A stretch of DNA of 64,000 nucleotides from Spirochaetia bacterium (GTDB taxonomy: Bacteria > Spirochaetota > Spirochaetia > CAKZLE01): contig OY782041.1 in NCBI GenBank assembly GCA_963677595.1, positions 2,048,001-2,112,000 of the forward strand. Reading direction: 5' to 3'. Below are positions 9,958 to 18,932 of this stretch, one piece after another. Numbering within the stretch: the stretch's first letter is position 1; the number at the start of each line of letters is the position of its first letter. A program made the translations under genes and the position numbers. The notes beneath the pieces are model-generated. The model did not search any database. It was not told the origin of the DNA and saw nothing but the letters and a program-made list of their open reading frames with translations.

Positions 9958-10503
9958 ATGAAGACGAAGATCTGTTATACCTCGAATACCGGGTTCACCG
10001 AGACCTATGCCGGGTGGCTCGGGGAGTCCCTGAAAAATTCCCCTGCCAGGCTGAAGGAAGTCAGCCGGTCCGACCTTGCAGGGCTGGAGCTGGTCATCTA
10101 TGCTGCCCCCGTACATGCCGGGAGGATCGCGAAGCTCGGGCGTGTCAGGCGTATGGTGCAGAGGCTCGGTGGTACGAAGCTGATCATCATCGCTGTCGGC
10201 GCTTCAGAGGATGATGAGGAGAATACCGGGAAGCTGCTTGGGAAGAATTTCCCGGGCGGGCTGCAGGAGGACACCTCCTTCTTCTACCTTCGGGGCGGGA
10301 TGAACTACGGTGAGTTGAAGGGGTTCATGAAGTGGATGATGGGCACCTTCCGCAATGCGACTATGAAGAAGGACCCTGCGCAGCTGAGCGAAGACGAGAA
10401 GGAGATGCTCGCCTCATTCGAGCATCCCGTGGACCACAGCAGCAGGGAGTTCCTCGTCCCCGTCCTGGAGTATGTCACGTCGCTTGAGACAATCACAAAT
10501 TGA
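9958..10503 (+). CDS. Flavodoxin-domain protein (paralog of 8159-8722)
   Basis: YTSNTGFTETYAGW, VIYAAPV, IAVG, FFYLRGG. Confidence 0.8.
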   Translation: MKTKICYTSNTGFTETYAGWLGESLKNSPARLKEVSRSDLAGLELVIYAAPVHAGRIAKLGRVRRMVQRLGGTKLIIIAVGASEDDEENTGKLLGKNFPGGLQEDTSFFYLRGGMNYGELKGFMKWMMGTFRNATMKKDPAQLSEDEKEMLASFEHPVDHSSREFLVPVLEYVTSLETITN

Positions 10504-10562
10504 TTCGAAGAATCACAAATTGATTCAACGAATCACAGATTGATTCGAAGAATCAATAATTG
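10491..10562. repeat. Tandem array of about 3.6 x 20-bp palindromic units (AATCACAAATTGATTCGAAG)
   Basis: Units start at 10491, 10511, 10531 and 10551. Each full unit contains AATCA-N5-TGATT. Confidence 0.9.
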
Positions 10563-10596
10563 TGGTATCCCCGTACCTGGATTATAATAGTGAACT

Positions 10597-12369
10597 ATGA
10601 CGAACACCATACAAGGCAAGTACACCCTCATCATCATCGTCGTGGTCACCGTGTTTCTGGCCGGGCTGCTGGGGATCAACTATACCCTGCTCAAGGCCCA
10701 TTCCCTGAGTACTGCGAAGGAGACATCCCACCTGCTGCTGGGAAACGTGGACAACCAGGTGAACCTGGCCTTGAAGGATATCGAGGCGATCGTCTCCACC
10801 CTGGTCGAATCCGAGTCGGTGCAGCAGGTCGATACCCTCAGGATGAAGGATATCTTCCTCGCCAACGTGAATGCCAGGAGCTCCTACATACGGGCGATCT
10901 ACCTGGGGACCGAGGAGGGGAAGATGTACGAATGGGGCCAGGGGCCGGGATTCGTCGAGAACACCCCCACCTTCCCCGAGGGCTACGACCCAAGGATCCG
11001 CCCCTGGTACCGGACGGCGGTCGAGCAGGGCGGCTATGCCGTCACCGATCCCTATATCTACGCGAGCATAAAGGCCATGGGGGTGACTGCCGTGAAGCCC
11101 GTCTATGCTGACGGGAAGTTCGTCGGGGTGCTTGGCCTGGACCTGATCTTCGACGGGCTGCAGAACATGGTGGACTCCCTTAACGTCGAGAAGGGCGGGC
11201 GGATCGTCCTTCTCTCCCGTAATCATGAGATCCTCGTGGACCAGTTCCAGCCGACTGAGGAGCTGATCACCGAGCTCGAACCCTTCGAGTACCCTGAGAT
11301 TCTCGCCTCCGTCCAGCCGTATGAGATCGTGACGGTAGGGGGGATACGCTACATGGTGGAGGAGGCGGTCAACCTTGATACCGGGTGGACCATCCTCATC
11401 TTCATCCCCTATGACGCGATCATCTCCTTCTCCCAGGAGACGGTGAAGATCATCATCTTCTATGACCTCCTGATCATGATGCTGCTCGGGGTGGTGGTGA
11501 CCTTCGTCTCGAGGAGGATCCTCACCAACCCGCTGGAGTCGATCATCGGCGTGATGCGGGAGCGGGAGCAGGGTGACCAGCAGGTCCGCATCCCGGACCA
11601 GCGGGTCTATGAGTTCAAGCTGATCGCACGGCTGTTCAACCGGCTGACCGACATATCCGACGAGATCGCCCAGCAGCAGGAAGAGCGGGTACGGAAGCGG
11701 ACCGAGGAGGTCCTCTCCCTCCAGAAGGAGAATACCCGTCTTCGCATCGTGAAGGAGAAGGAGCAGCTCTACTCGAACCTCCACGACTCGCTCGGTGCAC
11801 GCCTGACCGGGATCCATATCAGCAACACGGTCGCCAGGAGTGCGCTTGCGAGAGGGGAGTACACCCTCCTCGAGGCCATGCACAACAGGATCGACCAGAA
11901 TGCCGAGCAGGGGATCCATGACCTGCGGGAGCTCCTGATCACCAATGAGGCCGTCCCGTTCACTTCCGATGATCTTGTCCGGTATATAAAGAAGCGGATG
12001 CGTGAGCGGCTGGCCCTGCAGAACATCACCTTCACCTACCAGCTCCCCGTAAGCAGGGAGTTGGAGACGCTTGAAGCGGACCTGCTTTCAGGTCTCATGC
12101 GGGTCTTCCAGGAGATGGTGACCAATACCCTCAAATACGCGGAAGCGCTCCATGTCGAGCTCTCGATGTCGTTCCACGGGAACCGGTTCAATGTGAGCTA
12201 CCATGACGACGGCCTCGGGTTCGAGAGCAAGACGGTACAGCAGGAGAGCTTCGGGATCAAGGGGATCATCAGGCGAGTCAAGGACCTTGGGGGGACGGTG
12301 AAGCTCACCACGAGGCCGGGCCGGGGCGTCAAGTATGAGATCTCATTCCCTGCAGGAGGTGAGGCATGA
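10597..12369 (+). CDS. Sensor histidine kinase (dCache_1, HAMP, HisKA_3/NarX-type)
   Basis: Two TM segments; YDPRIRPWY Cache motif; H-box LHDSLG; QEMVTNTLKY; DDGLGF; SFGIKGI. Confidence 0.9.
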   Translation: MTNTIQGKYTLIIIVVVTVFLAGLLGINYTLLKAHSLSTAKETSHLLLGNVDNQVNLALKDIEAIVSTLVESESVQQVDTLRMKDIFLANVNARSSYIRAIYLGTEEGKMYEWGQGPGFVENTPTFPEGYDPRIRPWYRTAVEQGGYAVTDPYIYASIKAMGVTAVKPVYADGKFVGVLGLDLIFDGLQNMVDSLNVEKGGRIVLLSRNHEILVDQFQPTEELITELEPFEYPEILASVQPYEIVTVGGIRYMVEEAVNLDTGWTILIFIPYDAIISFSQETVKIIIFYDLLIMMLLGVVVTFVSRRILTNPLESIIGVMREREQGDQQVRIPDQRVYEFKLIARLFNRLTDISDEIAQQQEERVRKRTEEVLSLQKENTRLRIVKEKEQLYSNLHDSLGARLTGIHISNTVARSALARGEYTLLEAMHNRIDQNAEQGIHDLRELLITNEAVPFTSDDLVRYIKKRMRERLALQNITFTYQLPVSRELETLEADLLSGLMRVFQEMVTNTLKYAEALHVELSMSFHGNRFNVSYHDDGLGFESKTVQQESFGIKGIIRRVKDLGGTVKLTTRPGRGVKYEISFPAGGEA

Positions 12370-13013
12370 TCAATGTGGCGATCATCGAGGACTCCATCGA
12401 TGCACGGGAGGGGTTTCGGTACCTGCTGAACCTCGACCCCGAGATCCGGGTCCTGCAGGCCTTCGAGTCGGCTGAACCCCTGCTCATGAAGCCCGAGCTC
12501 CTCGGGATGCTCGATATCATCCTCATGGATATCGAACTTCCGGGGATGGACGGGATCACGGCGACCGGGAGGATCAAGAAGTCCAATCCCGGGATCGACA
12601 TCCTGATCCTCACCATCTTCGAGGAGCAGGACAAGATCCTGCGGGCCATCCAAGCCGGGGCTACGGGGTATATCCTCAAGAACAGTGACCCGACCGAGCT
12701 GGTGAGCCAGATCAAGAGCATCAGCCAGGGAGGGTCCCCGATCAGCCCCCATGTTGCCAGGACCCTGGTCGAACAGCTGCAGAAGGAGCGGGATCAGCAG
12801 AAGAGCCCCGAGGACTACCACCTGACGGCAAGGGAGATCGAGATCTGCCGTGAGATCATAGACGGGTACACCTACCGTGAGATCGCAGACCACCTGAGCA
12901 TCTCCGGGACGACGGCCAAGCGCCACATCCTCAACGTCTATGCGAAGCTCGAGGTCAGCTCCAAGGTCGAGTTCATGCGCAAGATCGTGACCGAGGGGCT
13001 CTTCACGATCTGA
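12366..13013 (+). CDS. NarL/LuxR-family response regulator
   Basis: Receiver (IIED, LMDIELPGMDG, GYILK) plus LTAREIEI...YREIA HTH; ATGA overlap with the kinase. Confidence 0.93.
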   Translation: MINVAIIEDSIDAREGFRYLLNLDPEIRVLQAFESAEPLLMKPELLGMLDIILMDIELPGMDGITATGRIKKSNPGIDILILTIFEEQDKILRAIQAGATGYILKNSDPTELVSQIKSISQGGSPISPHVARTLVEQLQKERDQQKSPEDYHLTAREIEICREIIDGYTYREIADHLSISGTTAKRHILNVYAKLEVSSKVEFMRKIVTEGLFTI

Positions 13014-13017
13014 GTAC

Positions 13018-13033
13018 TACACCATTTGGTGTA
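13018..13033. promoter_or_regulatory. 7-2-7 inverted repeat, candidate NarL-type binding site for the symporter promoter
   Basis: TACACCA-TT-TGGTGTA. Confidence 0.55.
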
Positions 13034-13150
13034 TGGATGACCCATGATCTCCCCTTCCCAGCCAGAATTTCAATCCCTTTGGTGAATAGGAAACACCTCA
13101 TCCCTGTGATTAGATAGAGATAGATAATCATACACAGGGAGGAAATTCGC

Positions 13151-14434
13151 ATGAGCGCAGAAACAAAGAAAGGGGCATTCGACTGGTACTTCAAGTCGAA
13201 CCTGCTCATCAGGATATTCATCGGCCTGGTTGCCGGTGCATTGGTCGGTATCATATTCGGTGAGAGCATCACCTGGCTGAACCCGCTGGGAAGTATCCTG
13301 GTAGGCCTGCTGAAGATGATCGTCATGCCGGTCATCCTGTCGACCCTCGTCGTCGGCGCGGCTAGCATCAAGCCTTCGACCCTCGGCAAGGTCGGGGTGA
13401 AGATCATCGTCTTCTACATGATCACCTCAGCCTTCGCGGTCGCAGTCGGCCTGCTGATGGGGAACATCTTCAAGCCCGGACTCGGGCTGGCCCTCGGCTC
13501 GGCAGCTGATGCCGCCGGGAAGGTCCTCACGAAGCCCAACTTCATGGACACCCTCATCGCGATCATCCCGACGAATCCCTTCGGTGCCATCTCGAACGGT
13601 CAGGTCCTGCCGACGATCTTCTTCGCGATCATTCTCGGGATCGCTATCTCCTTCCTGCGGGACAGCAAGACTGCACGTATCAAGGAGAGCGCCGAGACGA
13701 TCTTTCGTGTGTTCGACGGCCTTGCAGAGGCGATGTACCTGATCGTCAACGGCGTACTGCAGTATGCCCCGATCGGTGTCTTCGCCCTGATCGCAGTCGT
13801 CTTCGGGAAGCAGGGAGCATCCGCTGTAGGGTCCCTGGGGACCGTGACACTCGCTGCCTTCCTCGGATACATCGTCCATGTCGCTGTCGTCTACACGATC
13901 ATCCTCTTGGTCAGCAAGATCAGTCCCGCCAAATTCTTCAAGGGAGCACGGGCACCGATGGTCACCGCGTTCGTCACACGATCGAGCAGCGGTACGCTGC
14001 CTGTCACCATGAAGGCCATGGATGAGAACTTCGGGGTCTCGAAGAACGTCTACTCCTTCACTCTCCCGCTCGGCGCGACCATCAACATGGATGGTACGGC
14101 CATCTACCAGGGTGTCTGTGCACTCTTCATCGGCTTCGCTATCGGCATGCCGCTCTCCTTCGCCCAGCAGATGACGGTCATCGTCACTGCAGTGCTCGCA
14201 TCGATCGGTACAGCCGGAGTTCCCGGTGCAGGTGCGATCATGCTCCTCATGGTACTCAACTCGGTAGGCCTCCCGGTAGAGGCAGGCACCCCGGTAGCGG
14301 CTGCCTACGCCATGGTCCTCGGGATCGACGCGATCCTCGATATGGGACGGACTGCTGTCAATGTGACCGGTGACATGACCGGTACCCTCGTTGTCGCAAA
14401 GAGCGAAAAGCAGGTAGATGCAGCAAAGCTATAA
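13151..14434 (+). CDS. Dicarboxylate/amino acid:cation symporter (DAACS, GltP family)
   Basis: AFVTRSSSGTLP, LGATINMDGT, ASIGTAGVPGAG, LDMGRTAVNVTGD. Confidence 0.95.
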   Translation: MSAETKKGAFDWYFKSNLLIRIFIGLVAGALVGIIFGESITWLNPLGSILVGLLKMIVMPVILSTLVVGAASIKPSTLGKVGVKIIVFYMITSAFAVAVGLLMGNIFKPGLGLALGSAADAAGKVLTKPNFMDTLIAIIPTNPFGAISNGQVLPTIFFAIILGIAISFLRDSKTARIKESAETIFRVFDGLAEAMYLIVNGVLQYAPIGVFALIAVVFGKQGASAVGSLGTVTLAAFLGYIVHVAVVYTIILLVSKISPAKFFKGARAPMVTAFVTRSSSGTLPVTMKAMDENFGVSKNVYSFTLPLGATINMDGTAIYQGVCALFIGFAIGMPLSFAQQMTVIVTAVLASIGTAGVPGAGAIMLLMVLNSVGLPVEAGTPVAAAYAMVLGIDAILDMGRTAVNVTGDMTGTLVVAKSEKQVDAAKL

Positions 14435-15185
14435 CCCCAGTCGGATGATCATCATCGGCGGCGGCGTCGGCCCCCTCGCGGGGGTCGACCTCCACCGGCA
14501 GATCATCGAACTGACTGAGACGACCGGGAGGGACCAGGACCACCTGCGGGTGCTCCACCTCTCCTGTTCAGACATGATCCCCGACAGGACGGAAGCCCTG
14601 CTTGGGGGAAACCCGGAAGGCCCGGCATTGGGGATGGCACGGATCCTCACGGCAGCTGAAGCCTGCTGTGACCGCATGTTCCTCCAGGGGTATGCCGCAG
14701 TTCCCTGCAATACCTTCCATGCCCCGGCGATCTGGGACCGCTTCCAGCAGGCCCTGGCCGAGGCAGGTTCAAGGCTGCAGGTCCTGAACATGATCAGCAT
14801 CACGATCGATCATATACGGACGTGCTATCCCGGGATCCGGAGGATCGGCATCATGTCGACCACCGGGACCCGGAAGACAGGAGTCTATGCTGGGCTCCTC
14901 GCTGAGGCTGGGTATGAGACGGTCCAGACTGATGACCAGGAGCTGCTGCATGAGATGATCTACAACACCTCCTACGGTATCAAGGCTGTGGCGCCAGTAT
15001 CTGGGGAGGCTATGGGGATCGGCAGGAGGATCCTTGCAGAGCTCCAGGACAAGGGTGCGGAGGCAGTCATCCTTGGCTGCACCGAACTACCGCTTGCCCT
15101 TCCAGAATCGCAGTACCGGGGGATCCCCCTGATCAACCCCGTCCGGCTCCTCGCTCTGGAACTGATCCGCAGCGTGCGTCAATAA
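14418..15185 (+). CDS. Aspartate/glutamate racemase family protein
   Basis: IIGGGVGPLAG; catalytic PCNTFH and GCTELP. The start could instead be the MIIIG Met about 9 codons downstream. Confidence 0.88.
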   Translation: MQQSYNPSRMIIIGGGVGPLAGVDLHRQIIELTETTGRDQDHLRVLHLSCSDMIPDRTEALLGGNPEGPALGMARILTAAEACCDRMFLQGYAAVPCNTFHAPAIWDRFQQALAEAGSRLQVLNMISITIDHIRTCYPGIRRIGIMSTTGTRKTGVYAGLLAEAGYETVQTDDQELLHEMIYNTSYGIKAVAPVSGEAMGIGRRILAELQDKGAEAVILGCTELPLALPESQYRGIPLINPVRLLALELIRSVRQ

Positions 15186-15215
15186 CCGTAACGACAGAGC
15201 CCTCCCATTCATGCT

Positions 15216-15240
15216 GCCGCCTCGAGAGAGGCGGCTTTCT
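15216..15240 (+). terminator. Probable intrinsic terminator
   Basis: GCCGCCTC-GAGA-GAGGCGGC-TTTCT. Confidence 0.6.
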
Positions 15241-15289
15241 GCAGTGGTATATCCCAGATGAATTTTGTATGAATCGTATAGATTCACTC

Positions 15290-15368
15290 TTGCTTTATTT
15301 CAAAAACCGTCGTATTATGGAAACCAATAAGAAAGCAAAACGAAAGTTAAAAGAAAGCTTTCAGAAAA
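15290..15368 (+). promoter_or_regulatory. Promoter plus phased GAAAG repeats (DeoR/AgaR-type operator)
   Basis: TTGCTT-N17-TATTAT (15290-15318); GAAAG at 15331, 15342 and 15353, and GAAAA at 15364 (11-bp period). Confidence 0.65.
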
Positions 15369-15375
15369 GGTTGGC

Positions 15376-16131
15376 GTGGTGAACGGGTTAAGCAAACGTG
15401 AAGAGATCATCCTCGGGCAGATGCGGGACGGTCGGGATATCTCAGTCTCAGAACTGAGTAAGCTCCTGAAGGTCTCCGTCGTCACGGTCCGTGCCGATCT
15501 GAAGTCCCTGGATGAGAAAGGCCTGGTGATCAGGACACACGGGGGCGCGATGCCCGCTTTCCATCCGGACCTCCTGGAGCGGAAGAACAGCCGTAATGCG
15601 GAAAAAGAGCGTATAGCCAAGGCTGCCGCCTCCCTGGTCAAGGACGGGGACCGGATCATGATCACGAACGGGACAACCTCTGCACTGGTTGGCAGGTACC
15701 TGCTGGGACGAAGGGATGTGCAGATCGTCACCAACTCGACCCTCCTTCTCCCTTATGCCCGGATCAATCCGAATCTGAGCATCACGTTCGTTGGCGGTGA
15801 GTTCAGGCCCTCCGCAGAGGCTCTCGTGGGGCCTGAGGCGATAAACCGTATCGACCAGTTCCATGTCTCCATGACCATTACCGGGACGGATGGGTTCACC
15901 CTGGAGCATGGGCTTACCACCCACCTGGTCGAGAATGCCGAGATCGTGAGGAAGATGTGCCAGCAGTCTGATACCAGCGTGCTGGTGGTGGATTCCAGCA
16001 AGTTCGGGAATAAGGGTTTTGTGAAGATCCTTCCGTTGGAAGATATCGATATATTGATCACAGATACAGGATTGGACGACGAGATCGCCCGGAGCATAGA
16101 GGCTGCCGGGGTACAGGTCATGCGGGTCTGA
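15376..16131 (+). CDS. DeoR/GlpR-family transcriptional regulator
   Basis: VSVVTVRADLKSL...RTHGGA HTH; EKERIAKAAA; VVDSSKFG. Confidence 0.93.
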   Translation: MVNGLSKREEIILGQMRDGRDISVSELSKLLKVSVVTVRADLKSLDEKGLVIRTHGGAMPAFHPDLLERKNSRNAEKERIAKAAASLVKDGDRIMITNGTTSALVGRYLLGRRDVQIVTNSTLLLPYARINPNLSITFVGGEFRPSAEALVGPEAINRIDQFHVSMTITGTDGFTLEHGLTTHLVENAEIVRKMCQQSDTSVLVVDSSKFGNKGFVKILPLEDIDILITDTGLDDEIARSIEAAGVQVMRV

Positions 16132-16162
16132 TCCGGTATATCATGAATGAGGAGATGAATAC

Positions 16163-17530
16163 ATGGCAGCACAGGTGTTAATGCCGAAGCAGGGAAACTC
16201 AGTCGAGTCCTGCATAATCCTGGATTGGAAGAAGGCTGAGGGTGATACGATCGCCGAGGGTGAGATCCTCTGCGAGGTCGAGACTGACAAGGCGACCATC
16301 GAGGTCGAGTCCACTGCGGAAGGTACGATCCTGAAGCTGCTCTATGCGGTGGATGACGATGTCCCTGTACAGGTCCCCATCGCTATCGTGGGAGCCCCCG
16401 GGGAAGATATCTCCGACCTGGCAGGTGGGAGTGAGACGGCAGCTGAAGCACCGGCAGAGGAAGCAGCGGTAACCCCCGAAGCAGCCCCGAAGGCAGAAGC
16501 GAAAGTAGAAAAAGCAACTGCAGTCGTTGCAGCAGGCACCAGTTCAGTCTCCCCCCGTGCACGGATGGCGGCAGAGAAGAGCGGCCTCGATGCAACGACA
16601 CTCGTCGGTTCCGGGCCGAAGGGCAGGGTGATCGAACGTGATGTCGATGCTGCAGCGGCAGCCATGCCTCCCCTTTCACCGGCAGCGAAAGAGAAGATGG
16701 CAGCAGAAGGGCTTTCAGCCCCGGCAGCCGGAAGCGGGATCGGCGGACGGGTCCTCTCCTCGGACCTCCTCTCCCTCAGTTCACAGCTTTCGGCAGAACA
16801 GGTCGCTGATGCGGCTGCCGCAGCCGGGTTCCCGGGACCTGCGGCAGAGATCAAGGTTCGTGGTGTACGGAAAGTCACCGCGAAGCGGATGTACGAATCG
16901 ATCAGCACCACCGCCCAGCTGACGCTCAACAGCTCAGCCGATGCGGCGAACCTCCTTGCATTACGAAAGCGATTCAAGAACTCAGACCCTGAGAAGGGAC
17001 TTGCCAAGGTCACCATCAATGACCTCGTGCTCTACGCAGTAGCGAAGACCTTAAAGGCATATCCCCAGATCAACTCCCACTTCCTCGGGGACACCATCCT
17101 GCAGTTCGACCATATCCACCTCGGGTGTGCCGTCGATACCCCGAAGGGCCTCATGGTACCGGTCATCAGGTATGCTGACCTCATGAGCCTGAAGACCCTG
17201 AGCGATACCGCCAAGGGGCTCTTCAACGACTGCCTCGAGGGGAAGGCTAATCCTGACACCCTCTCAGGCGGTACCTTCACGGTGACCAACCTCGGGGGCA
17301 TGGGGATCGAGAGCTTTACACCGGTACTCAACACACCGGAGACCGGTATCCTCGGCGTGAGCACGATCGAGCTCAAGCCGGTACAGGGCGCTGACGGGGT
17401 GGAGTTCATCCCCCACATCGGCCTCTCGCTCACCTTCGATCACCAGGCCTTCGATGGTGCTGACGGAGCACGGTTCCTCAAGAGCCTTGCGGACAATATA
17501 AAGAATATCGACCTGCTCATGGCGCAGTAG
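16163..17530 (+). CDS. Dihydrolipoamide acyltransferase (E2) of a 2-oxoacid/acetoin-type dehydrogenase
   Basis: Lipoyl motif ETDKA; E3-binding SPRAR...GSGPKGRV; GGTFTVTNLG; catalytic DHQAFDG. Confidence 0.93.
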   Translation: MAAQVLMPKQGNSVESCIILDWKKAEGDTIAEGEILCEVETDKATIEVESTAEGTILKLLYAVDDDVPVQVPIAIVGAPGEDISDLAGGSETAAEAPAEEAAVTPEAAPKAEAKVEKATAVVAAGTSSVSPRARMAAEKSGLDATTLVGSGPKGRVIERDVDAAAAAMPPLSPAAKEKMAAEGLSAPAAGSGIGGRVLSSDLLSLSSQLSAEQVADAAAAAGFPGPAAEIKVRGVRKVTAKRMYESISTTAQLTLNSSADAANLLALRKRFKNSDPEKGLAKVTINDLVLYAVAKTLKAYPQINSHFLGDTILQFDHIHLGCAVDTPKGLMVPVIRYADLMSLKTLSDTAKGLFNDCLEGKANPDTLSGGTFTVTNLGGMGIESFTPVLNTPETGILGVSTIELKPVQGADGVEFIPHIGLSLTFDHQAFDGADGARFLKSLADNIKNIDLLMAQ

Positions 17531-17551
17531 TCAATAAAGGAGAAGATACTC

Positions 17552-18889
17552 ATGGCAACCTATGATCTGATCGTCGTCGGGGCTGGCCCCGGGGGCTATG
17601 TGGCTGCTGAACGGGCCGGTGAGATGGGAAAGAAGGTCCTTCTCATCGAGAAGGGTGACCTCGGCGGTGTATGCACCAACTCAGGCTGTATCCCGACGAA
17701 GTCCCTGCTCAATGCGGCAAAGCATTACCATTACGCGCTCACCGGCGACAAGTTCGGTGTACACTGCGCTGATGTCTCCTTCGACCTCTCTGAGGCCATG
17801 GCCTGGAAGCAGGACGTCATCGAGACCCTGCGCTCCGGGATCGCCTTCCTCATGAAGAAGAACAAGGTCGAAGTGGTCTTCGGCGAGGCGAAGTTCGTCT
17901 CACGCGATACCGTGGAAGTCGACGGGACAGCCTATACCGGTTCCAACATCATGATCGCAACCGGCTCATCACCCTTCATCCCGCCGATCCCCGGCGCAGG
18001 GAACGACATCGTGATGACCAGCAAGGACATCCTCTCGATCGACCATATCCCTGAGAAGCTCGTCGTCATCGGCGGCGGGGTCATCGGGGTGGAGTTCTCC
18101 TCCCTCTTCAGCAACATCGGGAGCGAGGTCACCGTCATCGAGATGATGCCTGAGATCCTGCCGATGATGGACGCCGAGTTCGCCAAACTCATGCGGCGGG
18201 AGATGAAGGCAGTCACCTTTAAGACCGGCTGCAGGGTAGAGGAGATCCTCACCGACGGTGTCGTCTATACCGATGCGAAAGGAAAGAAGCAGACGGTGAA
18301 CGCTGATGCGGTCCTCCTCAGTGTCGGTCGGAGACCGAACACCGCAGGACTCGAGGCCCTCGGCCTCGATATCGCGCGGGGCGGGATCGTTGTCGACGAG
18401 CAGATGCGAACCAACCTCCCCGGCGTATATGCTGTAGGGGATGTGAACGGGAAGTCGCTGCTTGCCCACTCCGCATCACGGATGGGGGAAGTCGCCGTCA
18501 ATACGATGTTCGGCAAGGCTGACAGGATGCGCTACAACGCGATCCCCTGGGCAGTCTACACCATCCCTGAGGCAGCAGGCTGCGGGATGACCGAGGAAGA
18601 GGCAAAGGCCAAGGGCTACAACGTGAAGAGCGCCTCGGCCCAGATGCGGTCGAACGGCCGGTTCCTCGCTGAGTACGGGAAGCGTGCAGGCGGCCTGTGC
18701 AAGGTAGTCGTCGATGCCGATACCGATGTGATCCTCGGGATCCACCTCCTCGGTGCGGTCAGCAGCGAGATGGTCCACAGCGCTTCGGTGATCATCGAGG
18801 CGGAGCTGAGGGCCAAGGACGTGAGAGAGATAGTCTTCCCGCACCCGAGTGTGTCGGAAATCATCAAGGACGTTTGCTTTGCCCTCTAG
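17552..18889 (+). CDS. lpdA: Dihydrolipoyl dehydrogenase (E3)
   Basis: GAGPGGY, GGVCTNSGCIPTK, GGGVIGVE, HPSVSE. Confidence 0.93.
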   Translation: MATYDLIVVGAGPGGYVAAERAGEMGKKVLLIEKGDLGGVCTNSGCIPTKSLLNAAKHYHYALTGDKFGVHCADVSFDLSEAMAWKQDVIETLRSGIAFLMKKNKVEVVFGEAKFVSRDTVEVDGTAYTGSNIMIATGSSPFIPPIPGAGNDIVMTSKDILSIDHIPEKLVVIGGGVIGVEFSSLFSNIGSEVTVIEMMPEILPMMDAEFAKLMRREMKAVTFKTGCRVEEILTDGVVYTDAKGKKQTVNADAVLLSVGRRPNTAGLEALGLDIARGGIVVDEQMRTNLPGVYAVGDVNGKSLLAHSASRMGEVAVNTMFGKADRMRYNAIPWAVYTIPEAAGCGMTEEEAKAKGYNVKSASAQMRSNGRFLAEYGKRAGGLCKVVVDADTDVILGIHLLGAVSSEMVHSASVIIEAELRAKDVREIVFPHPSVSEIIKDVCFAL

Positions 18890-18932
18890 CCGGCAAAGAG
18901 TTATATAGAGTTATAAAACCAGGAGTGACAAG

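Noticed and set aside
10491-10562. Mini-CRISPR interpretation of the 20-bp repeats
   Set aside because: Units are directly tandem with no unique spacers, and there are no cas genes in the window.
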